NCBI GenBank assembly: GCA_046758505.1
Contig: JBHIAH010000025.1
Coordinates: forward strand, 1-28,790
Source of the DNA: Candidatus Methylomirabilales bacterium
Lineage (GTDB): Bacteria > Methylomirabilota > Methylomirabilia > Methylomirabilales > CSP1-5
DNA length: 28,790 nt
Reading direction: 5' to 3'
Part shown: positions 7,673-15,836 of the stretch, piece after piece
Layout: each line of letters opens with the position of its first letter
How positions within the stretch are numbered: the stretch's first letter is position 1
Program-made: the position numbers and the translations under genes
The notes under the pieces: model-generated
Told to the model about the DNA's origin: nothing
The model's database searches: none
The model's input: only the letters and a program-made list of their open reading frames with translations

Positions 7673-9673
7673 ATGGGCCAGGTGGACGTGGTTCTTCCCG
7701 ACGGAGAGGTCAGGCAGCTGGAGGCGGGTCTTCCCCTCGCGGAACTGCTCTCTCGCATCGATGCAAACCTGCAAGCACGGGTGGTGGCGGCGCATCTCGA
7801 CGGGATGCCGGTGGATCTCTCCACGGTGCCGCCTGCTGGGGCGAAGGTGGAACTGGTGACGATGGATTCTCCCGAGGGACTGTCGATCCTCCGCCACAGC
7901 ACCGCCCACCTCATGGCCGCCGCGGTGCAAGAGCTGTACCCCGAGGCTAAATTCGCCATTGGCCCTCCGGTGGCGGACGGCTTTTACTACGATATCGACC
8001 TGCCCCGGCCGATACCCGTCGAGGACCTCCCGGCCATCGAAGCAAAGATGCGAGACCTTCAAGCCGAGCGCCTCCCGTATGTCCGGACGGAGATGCCGGT
8101 CGAGGAAGCCTTGAGGCTCATGGAGGCCCGGGGGCAGACTTACAAGGTGGAGATCCTGGAGACGATCCGCCAGTATGGAACCTCGAGGCCCGATGCGGCG
8201 GAAGAGCTCACGGGGGAGGCCGGGGCGGGCGGGGTGGTGAGCTTCTATCGGACCCGGTCTTTCCTTGACCTGTGCCGGGGCCCCCACGTACCCGACACCT
8301 CTTTTCTCCGGGCCTTCAAGTTGACCCACATCGCGGGGGCCTACTGGCGTGGAAATGAAAAGAACCAAATGCTGACGAGGATTTACGGGACCGCTTTCCC
8401 CACCGAGGAGGCCCTTGAAGCGCACCTGTACCGGCTCGAGGAGGCGAGACGGCGCGATCACCGGCGACTGGGTCGGGAGCTTGACCTGTTCAGCATCGAG
8501 GAAGAGATTGGTCCGGGTCTGGTCCTGTGGCATCCCAAAGGTGCCCTGGTCCGCGAGGTGATCGAGGCCTTCTGGCGGAGGGAACACCGTTGCCGGGGAT
8601 ATCGGCTCGTGTATACCCCCCATGTGGCCCGTGCCCACCTGTGGGACGTGAGCGGCCATTTGAGCTGGTATCGTGACAACATGTTCTCGGGAATGGAGGT
8701 CGAGGGGCAGGAGTACCTGGTGAAGCCCATGAATTGTCCCTTTCACATCCTGATCTATCGCGGGCACACGCGGAGCTACCGGGATCTTCCCCTCCGGCTA
8801 GGGGAGCTGGGGACCGTCTACCGCTACGAACGGTCAGGGGTCCTTCATGGGCTGCTCAGGGTCCGGGGGTTCACACAGGACGACGCCCACATCTTCTGTC
8901 GGCCGGAGCAGCTTGAGGGGGAGGTCGCCGATGTCCTGGAATTGGCCCTGGCCATGCTCCGGGCCTTCGGATTTACTGAACACCACCTGGTTCTCTCGGT
9001 GAGTGATCCAGGCCACATGGCCAAGTACGCCGGAAGCGAGACAGAGTGGCGGAGGACCGAGTCGGCCCTTGAAGCGGTCCTGGAGAAGAGCGGAATGGTC
9101 TTCGAGCGCGTCAAGGGAGAAGCGGCCTTTTACGGGCCCAAGATTGATGTGTCCCTTGTCGACGTCCTGGGGCGTCAGTGGCAGTGTGCGACGATCCAGG
9201 TCGATTTTAACATGCCGGACCGGTTCGACCTGGAATACGTCGGCGAGGACGGAAGAGCGCATCGGCCACTGATGGTCCATCGGGCGCTCCTGGGCTCGCT
9301 GGAGCGATTCTTTGGCATCATGATCGAGCACCATGGAGGGGCTTTCCCCCTCTGGCTGGCCCCGGTGCAGGTGGTGGTCCTGCCGCTCACCGACCGGCAT
9401 GAGCCGTACGCCCAGCAGGTGGCGAGACGCCTCGCGCAAACCGGGGTGCGGGTCGAGGTCGATGACCGGAACGAGAAGGTGGGGTATCGGATCCGGCAGG
9501 GAGAGGTGGCGAAGGTACCGTACATCCTCGTGGTGGGGGACCGGGAGGTAGAAGGAGGCTTGGTTTCTGTGCGAGAGCGGGGTCGTCGCGATCGGGGGGC
9601 GATGCCGCTCGATTCACTGATCGATGAGCTTCGGGAGGCGGCCCATCCCCCGGTGACTGGGTCCGCGCTGTGA
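7673..9673 (+). CDS. thrS: Threonine--tRNA ligase
   Basis: TGS domain; editing motifs HSTAHL and DLCRGPH; DHRRLG, KPMNCP, RVRGFTQDDAH, AFYGPK, HRALLGSLERF; anticodon-binding domain. Confidence 0.99.
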   Translation: MGQVDVVLPDGEVRQLEAGLPLAELLSRIDANLQARVVAAHLDGMPVDLSTVPPAGAKVELVTMDSPEGLSILRHSTAHLMAAAVQELYPEAKFAIGPPVADGFYYDIDLPRPIPVEDLPAIEAKMRDLQAERLPYVRTEMPVEEALRLMEARGQTYKVEILETIRQYGTSRPDAAEELTGEAGAGGVVSFYRTRSFLDLCRGPHVPDTSFLRAFKLTHIAGAYWRGNEKNQMLTRIYGTAFPTEEALEAHLYRLEEARRRDHRRLGRELDLFSIEEEIGPGLVLWHPKGALVREVIEAFWRREHRCRGYRLVYTPHVARAHLWDVSGHLSWYRDNMFSGMEVEGQEYLVKPMNCPFHILIYRGHTRSYRDLPLRLGELGTVYRYERSGVLHGLLRVRGFTQDDAHIFCRPEQLEGEVADVLELALAMLRAFGFTEHHLVLSVSDPGHMAKYAGSETEWRRTESALEAVLEKSGMVFERVKGEAAFYGPKIDVSLVDVLGRQWQCATIQVDFNMPDRFDLEYVGEDGRAHRPLMVHRALLGSLERFFGIMIEHHGGAFPLWLAPVQVVVLPLTDRHEPYAQQVARRLAQTGVRVEVDDRNEKVGYRIRQGEVAKVPYILVVGDREVEGGLVSVRERGRRDRGAMPLDSLIDELREAAHPPVTGSAL

Positions 9674-9687
9674 GGAGGTGAGGCGGG

Positions 9688-10245
9688 ATCGAAAAGGGCC
9701 TGCGAGTTAACGAGCGGATCCGGGTTCGGGAGATCCGGGTCATCGGTGCCGATGGAGTCCAGCTCGGGATTCTGTCGCCGGAGGAGGCGCTCGAAAAGGC
9801 CAGGAGCGCGGGGCTCGATTTGGTGGAGGTTGCCCCGACCGCAAAGCCGCCGGTCTGCCGGATCATGGACTACGGCAAGTACCGGTACGAGCAGTCGAAG
9901 AAGGCGAGAGAGGCCAAAAAGAAACAATCGATCATTCAGCTCAAGGAGATCAAGCTGCGGCCTAAGACCGATGAGCACGACTTTCAGTTCAAGGCGCGCC
10001 ACGTGGATCGGTTCCTCCGGTCCGGGCATAAGGCCAAGGTGACCATGATGTTCCGAGGCCGGGAAATGGTGCATACCGACTTGGGGAAGCGACTGTTAGA
10101 CCGCTTGGCCAATGCCCTCAAGGACGTTGGGCAGGTGGAGCAGTCGCCGAAGCTCGAGGGGCGAAACATGACCATGGTGCTCGCCCCGAGGCCGGATCTG
10201 AAGGCGGGGGCAGGGAAAGAGGTCGAGGGAACGGCCAAGGAGTAA
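9688..10245 (+). CDS. infC: Translation initiation factor IF-3 (non-canonical AUC start)
   Basis: The frame reads IEKGLRVNERIRVREIRVIG...GLDLVEVAP...PVCRIMDYGKY...KEIKLRP. An in-frame TGA at 9679-9681 limits the start. SD AGGAGGTGA (9673-9681) precedes ATC at 9688. The ORF track misses the N-terminal 44 codons. Confidence 0.93.
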   Translation: MEKGLRVNERIRVREIRVIGADGVQLGILSPEEALEKARSAGLDLVEVAPTAKPPVCRIMDYGKYRYEQSKKAREAKKKQSIIQLKEIKLRPKTDEHDFQFKARHVDRFLRSGHKAKVTMMFRGREMVHTDLGKRLLDRLANALKDVGQVEQSPKLEGRNMTMVLAPRPDLKAGAGKEVEGTAKE

Positions 10246-10248
10246 GCA

Positions 10249-10446
10249 ATGCCGAAGCTCAAGACCCACCGAGGAGCGGCGAAGCGGCTCAAAGTGACCG
10301 GGAGTGGGAAGGTCCGCCGGCGGAAGGGCTTCAAGAGTCACCTGCTGACTGGGAAGGGGGCGGATCGGCGCCGGCGGCTCCGGAAAGCGGATCTGATCCA
10401 TCCAACCAACGTCAAGCGGGTCCGTCGATTGATTCCGTACCTGTAA
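10249..10446 (+). CDS. rpmI: 50S ribosomal protein L35
   Basis: [13 protein letters not shown]...HLL...; position between infC and rplT. Confidence 0.98.
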   Translation: MPKLKTHRGAAKRLKVTGSGKVRRRKGFKSHLLTGKGADRRRRLRKADLIHPTNVKRVRRLIPYL

Positions 10447-10485
10447 CGGGAAGGGGGCAGCGGCGGGAAAAGAGGAGAGGGAAGG

Positions 10486-10845
10486 ATGGCGAGGGTCAAA
10501 GGAGGATACGTTACCCGGCGTCGGCGCAACCGGGTACTGAAGCAGGCTGAAGGGTTCTGGGGAAAGCGAAAGTCGAGCTTCCGCACCGCGCAGGAGGCGG
10601 TGGACCGGTCGTTGCGGTATGCCTACCGGGACCGCCGGACGCGCAAGCGTGAGTTCCGCAGGCTCTGGGTCACGCGCATCGGCGCGGCGGCCCGCTTACA
10701 CGGTCTCTCGTACAGCCAGTTGATGGGAGGCCTCAGGAAAGGCGGGGTGGCGCTCGATCGAAAGACGCTTGCCGAGCTAGCGGTGACCGATGCAGCCGCT
10801 TTCAGCCGCCTGGCGGCCGTGGCCAAGGGGTCGGTGGGCGCCTAG
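10486..10845 (+). CDS. rplT: 50S ribosomal protein L20
   Basis: MARVKGG...[23 protein letters not shown]...DRK.LAELA. Confidence 0.98.
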   Translation: MARVKGGYVTRRRRNRVLKQAEGFWGKRKSSFRTAQEAVDRSLRYAYRDRRTRKREFRRLWVTRIGAAARLHGLSYSQLMGGLRKGGVALDRKTLAELAVTDAAAFSRLAAVAKGSVGA

Positions 10846-10989
10846 CCAGTGTCCCTCCAACTTACTCCTCGTAAGGACCTCAAGCGTCCGCGAGGGGCAC
10901 TGAGGGGTTGTAGGGGAGAGGCTCTCCTGCGCCTCGGGGGTGCTCAGCGAGGCGAACGCTGCGCGCCGAAGGGGGGCCTGCCCCCCTAG

Positions 10990-12147
<1,158 letters not shown>

Positions 12148-12279
12148 CGCCGCACCCTGCCCATCGGGTAATGTTGGCTCTCAGCCCACCGGCTCGGGAA
12201 GGCTTCCTTTGTCGGCGGAAAATTTTATGAGGTGCCCTCGCGGAAGTTCTACATTACGCGCCGAGCGGGTCGTGCAGCG
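12148..12279 (+). other. Candidate structured RNA (multi-branch fold) immediately after the pheS stop
   Basis: Nested pairings CGCCGCAC/GTGCAGCG, TCGG/CCGA, GTAATGT/ACATTAC, CCGGC/GTCGG, GGGAA/TTCCT and GAGG/CCTC. Wobble pairs favour the plus strand. Confidence 0.4.
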
Positions 12280-12393
12280 TCAGGACGGCCGCCCCCACCT
12301 GCGCTGCGCTCCGGTGGCGGGACCCCGGCCGCCCGCAAACCAGCTTCCGTCTCCTCAGGATCTGCTTCCCTCGCCGGTTCGCGATTGGCGCCA

Positions 12394-12519
12394 GTCATCG
12401 ACCGACGACAAACGACAGGCGATGGGTTTTCGGACGGTCATCGGACTTCGGCGAGCCCAGTCGAGCCGTCACCGGTCATCGGTCGTCGAACTATGAACCA
12501 TGAACTATCAACCATGAAC
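12394..12519. repeat. Composite heptamer repeats (CGACGAC/GTCATCG family followed by CATGAAC family)
   Basis: CGACGAC AAACGAC AGGCGAT (12403-12423); GTCATCG GACTTCG (12437-12450); GTCACCG GTCATCG GTCGTCG (12468-12488); TATGAAC CATGAAC TATCAAC CATGAAC (12492-12519). Confidence 0.8.
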
Positions 12520-12984
12520 CAGGACGAGGGTGCGGATCGCGTCGCCCGATGGATGGCCGAGCGGGGCATCGCTGGGGAGCTGGTCTGCCCGGGGGAACCC
12601 ACCCCGACGGTCGAGACCGCTGCCGCTGCCTTGGGTGTTCGACCCGAGCAAGTCGTAAAATCCCTCCTCTTTCTCGTCGATGGAGATCCCTATCTCGTGA
12701 TTGTGCGGGGGACGGCCCGGGTGAACACAAAAAAGCTTCTCAGTTGGGTCGGGGGGAAGAAGGCCCGCATCGCGACTCGTGAGGAGGTAGAGGATATCAC
12801 CGGGTTTCCTGTGGGCGGGACACCCCCGTTCGGCCATCGACGACCGCTGCCGGTCCTCATTGATCAGGGCGTTCTAGAGCTCGAAGAAATCTATGCCGGC
12901 GGCGGCGACACCGACGTCATGCTGCGCATCCGGACTGCCCATCTCCTGGAGGGCACTCACGGGAGGGTCGTGGACGTCACCTGA
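12514..12984 (+). CDS. YbaK/EbsC/ProX-family aminoacyl-tRNA deacylase (trans-editing INS superfamily)
   Basis: T.T...AAAALG....QVVKSLLF (conserved Lys), TGFPVGGTPPFG (GxxxP loop), VLID, YAGGG; about 156 aa. The 94 upstream codons in the ORF track translate repeats and hairpins. Confidence 0.9.
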   Translation: MNQDEGADRVARWMAERGIAGELVCPGEPTPTVETAAAALGVRPEQVVKSLLFLVDGDPYLVIVRGTARVNTKKLLSWVGGKKARIATREEVEDITGFPVGGTPPFGHRRPLPVLIDQGVLELEEIYAGGGDTDVMLRIRTAHLLEGTHGRVVDVT

Positions 12985-12994
12985 CGTAGGCTAT

Positions 12995-13017
12995 GGGCCC
13001 CTGGAGCCTCCGGGCCC
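12995..13017. terminator. GC hairpin between convergent genes
   Basis: GGGCCC-CT-GGA-GCC-TCC-GGGCCC. There is no U-tract, so function is uncertain. Confidence 0.3.
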
Positions 13018-14160
13018 TCAGCGACGGGGGCCTTGAGCCGCCGGGCGGAGTGGCAGACCGGTGACCTGGCAGATCTGGTGCATGTCCTTCCAGTCGTAGT
13101 TGGGCAGGAGCTTGACGGACTTCCCATCCAGTGTGGCCGCCAGGGATTTCAGCCGCGCGACGCGATCCCCGGTGCTCGGATGCGAGGATATATAGGTAAG
13201 AAATTCCGGGGTCCCCTTTCCCTCTTTTTTGAGTGACTCGAAAAAGGCGATCATCCCTGCGGGATCGATCCGTGCCTCCGCAAGCATTCGCATCCCCTCC
13301 GCATCCGCCTCCTCCTCATGATGGCGGTTGTACCGGAGCATCCCAAGGGTGCGGGCACCTTCCAGCCCGAAGGCCGCCGGGTCACCTCCGCTTCCCGTGA
13401 GGGCGGCCAGCAGAAGCCGGGTCGACGCGTGCTGAATCAGCATGCGGGTGGCGTGACGCCTCAGGATGTGCTGGAGTTCATGGGCGAGCACACCGGCGAG
13501 CTCCTCGGCGGCTTCGGTCCGCTCGAGTAACCCCCGGAACACCACGATGTATCCGCCAGGAGCCGCAAAGGCGTTCACGGTGGGCGTGTTGACCACCGTC
13601 ACCTCAAAGGTATAGGGAGAATCGGGGAGCGTGCTGGTGAGGGTCGTCATGATATCCTCGATGGCCTGGAGGCGGATGGGGTCTGTGCATCGCCTCGAGG
13701 GAGGGGCGAGCTGTGTGATCACGGCCTCACCGAGGTGCTCCTCCCACGAGACGGGGACGCGGGACGCCGCAAGCCCGGCAATAGCCGGGATGCCCCACAG
13801 GTAGAGGGCCGTCGTCATCCCAATCACGGCGAGGGCGGCGAGGAGGGTGAGCTTGGCCCGGACCCGGCGACGGGCAGGGTGGTGGAATCGGGTTGCCATC
13901 TCGGGTGCGACCCGGTGGAGTTCGGCCAGGAAGGCCGCGTCCGAAACCAGGAGCACCTCCGGAATCTCGTCGCCTCGCTCCAGACGGACCACTTCCCCCG
14001 CATAGAAACCCTGGGTTTGGGAGATCTGCGGATACGGCCACCAGAGTGCGCTCCCGTTTTCCGGGGTGACCTCGAGGCCGCCGCGCATCAGGCGAATCGT
14101 CGCCCGGCGGCGCGCGGCGGTCTGTCCGTCGAGATAGTGTCCTTGCCAGTCAGTCTTCAC
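13018..14160 (-). CDS. M48-family zinc metallopeptidase with N-terminal domain and one TM helix
   Basis: VNAFAAPGGYIVVFRGLL, HExxH (AHELQH), EEEAD third ligand, SHP; TM segment LTLLAALAVIGMTTALYLWGIP. Likely start is GTG 14160 (VKTDWQGHYLDG); ATG 14208 is possible. Confidence 0.9.
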   Translation of the reverse strand: MKTDWQGHYLDGQTAARRRATIRLMRGGLEVTPENGSALWWPYPQISQTQGFYAGEVVRLERGDEIPEVLLVSDAAFLAELHRVAPEMATRFHHPARRRVRAKLTLLAALAVIGMTTALYLWGIPAIAGLAASRVPVSWEEHLGEAVITQLAPPSRRCTDPIRLQAIEDIMTTLTSTLPDSPYTFEVTVVNTPTVNAFAAPGGYIVVFRGLLERTEAAEELAGVLAHELQHILRRHATRMLIQHASTRLLLAALTGSGGDPAAFGLEGARTLGMLRYNRHHEEEADAEGMRMLAEARIDPAGMIAFFESLKKEGKGTPEFLTYISSHPSTGDRVARLKSLAATLDGKSVKLLPNYDWKDMHQICQVTGLPLRPAAQGPRR

Positions 14161-14277
14161 GGTCGTCGGTCGTATCCTTTTGCGAGCTGTTTGCCTCGCA
14201 GACGACACGGCATGGTCCGAGCGACGAGTCGCGGGCCTTGGCAGAGGCGGATGAGGGCGCGGGAGGCCGAATCGGGT

Positions 14278-15504
14278 TTACCCGAAGTTGAAGCCCGTGT
14301 CCAGATCCAGGAAGCTGGCGAGCCCTTCCCCCGTGGTCGAGGCGAACTGGGCTTCCTGCTTGACCTCGTGCAGATCCAGGGAGCCCTCGAGAGTCAAGTA
14401 CCGGAACGCAAACCGGGCGTTTCGGACCAGCACCCATGGCCAGCCCAGACCTAAAGTCACCACCATCAGGAGCACGTTGCCCAGCGTCAACAAGAAGAGG
14501 GCCCCCCCCGTGACGGTGGAGCGAAAGCGGGCCGCGCCGAAGCTGGTGTGTTCCCAGAAGTACCGGTGCTTCTTGGCTTGAAACCAGAACCAGTGCAGTC
14601 CCAGGGTTGGGATATGGAGCAGCAGAGCCAAGAGAAAGCTCCCGAAAAGATCCCGTCCCCGTCCGTCAAAGTCGAATTCTTGGTCGCCGAAGTAGGAATG
14701 GGATACCATGAAGGCGTGTCGCTTGGTATCGAAGAAGGGGTAGTACAGGCCCAGCGTGATCCCGGTCAGCAGCGAGCCCCCCACGAAGAGCTTGATGAAG
14801 TCCATCACGGCGCCGCGAAACGAGAAACGGATCCCCCGGTACGAGGTCCGGCTGAGGCGATAGCGGCGTGCGCCGACCATGGCGAGGGGGAGGACGACGA
14901 GGATCATACCGTAGGCGAGCAGGGTTGCGATGACCTTGACCACGGCACCCGCGCCCAGGAGGTCCGGTCCGATGAACAAGGCGCCGAGCGGGAGGCCGAA
15001 GAGGAACACGGCCTTCAGAAAGCCCGTGAACAACTCCTTGCCCGTTCCGTGGTACGCGAACCGATCACCGGCAAGCTCGGTCTGGCTCAACAGGTAGCTC
15101 CGGACCCGCACCTTTCCCCAGAAGAAGTAGATGCCGAGCGTGAGGATCGTCAGGAAGATGTTCACGATGTGAATCCCAAAAAGCGATCCACCCGTGCCAT
15201 TGAAAGAGAGCCAGTGGATCTGGTCTGTTGGCTCAAAGTGGATGGAATCCCCGGGGGGCATATAGGGAGGCCCCTGCTGGGTCATGGAGGGGGCCCGCTC
15301 CTGCGCCGGGGATGCTGGTCCCCCGCCGGTCCTGTAGATGGGGCCCGCCGTGGCCAGCGGTGGGGGAGCGATCGGCGGGAACGCGGACGGCTCGGCGGGG
15401 GTATGGTGGGGCGGCGCCGGTCCGTTTAAGTGCGTGCCGCAGGATTTACAGGTCGGCCGGGCCATCTGCATCAAGCCACACTTGTGACATTTCACGCCGA
15501 TCAT
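14278..15504 (-). CDS. YjgN/DUF898 family membrane protein with N-terminal CxxC...CxxC zinc ribbon and Pro-rich linker
   Basis: F.GTGGSLFGI.IVN.FLTILTLGIY.FW.KVR.R.Y....T...G.RF.YHGTG.ELF.G, plus repeated TLGL units and T.YRGIRF.F.G. N-terminus CHKC...CKSC. SD GGAGG 8 nt upstream. Confidence 0.88.
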   Translation of the reverse strand: MIGVKCHKCGLMQMARPTCKSCGTHLNGPAPPHHTPAEPSAFPPIAPPPLATAGPIYRTGGGPASPAQERAPSMTQQGPPYMPPGDSIHFEPTDQIHWLSFNGTGGSLFGIHIVNIFLTILTLGIYFFWGKVRVRSYLLSQTELAGDRFAYHGTGKELFTGFLKAVFLFGLPLGALFIGPDLLGAGAVVKVIATLLAYGMILVVLPLAMVGARRYRLSRTSYRGIRFSFRGAVMDFIKLFVGGSLLTGITLGLYYPFFDTKRHAFMVSHSYFGDQEFDFDGRGRDLFGSFLLALLLHIPTLGLHWFWFQAKKHRYFWEHTSFGAARFRSTVTGGALFLLTLGNVLLMVVTLGLGWPWVLVRNARFAFRYLTLEGSLDLHEVKQEAQFASTTGEGLASFLDLDTGFNFG

Positions 15505-15639
15505 GTTGGGTGCCTCCCTCTCCCGTCGTCGTGGGTTGCTGCAGGCGGCCGGCTGGTCCCGGAGCCCTCTGCGACGGCCTTTTCCATGCCCCTTTCTCCC
15601 TGCCGACCACCGCCGGTCTCACCTGTCTTCGTGCATATT

Positions 15640-15656
15640 TGCAAGAATCGGTCCAG
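15640..15656 (-). promoter_or_regulatory. Candidate sigma54 (-24/-12) promoter for DUF898-M48
   Basis: The minus strand reads CTGG-ACCG-ATTC-TTGCA: exact GG-N10-GC spacing against consensus YTGGCACG-N4-TTGCW. Confidence 0.5.
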
Positions 15657-15782
15657 TGCTGCCGGCAAAAGCCTCCTCAAGGGGGGTGAGACAGCGGCCC
15701 ACGGATGGGCAAAGGGCCTGGTCGCGTGTGGGGCTGGGCATCCGCGCCGCCGGGGCGTGCCGGCGAACGGCTGATTAACAGC

Positions 15783-15812
15783 TTGACACGTGAACTTGGC
15801 CCGTGCGATTTT
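15783..15812 (+). promoter_or_regulatory. Candidate sigma70 promoter for pheT
   Basis: TTGACA (15783-15788)-N18-GATTTT with a preceding TGn; the -10 is weak. SD GGAGGGG follows. Confidence 0.45.
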
Positions 15813-15836
15813 CTGCACGGGAGGGGATTTCAACCG

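Noticed and set aside
12160..12205. Riboswitch-like fragments (GGGCTGAGAG on minus, TPP-like; CGGGAAGGC, cobalamin-like)
   Set aside because: The other conserved elements of these aptamers are missing or on the wrong strand or order.
14161..14235. TGGTCCGAG (ykkC-like) and a short GTCGTCG repeat between DUF898 and M48
   Set aside because: The motif is antisense to the genes and lacks the AGGGTTCCG partner. The repeat has under two full units, too short to call.
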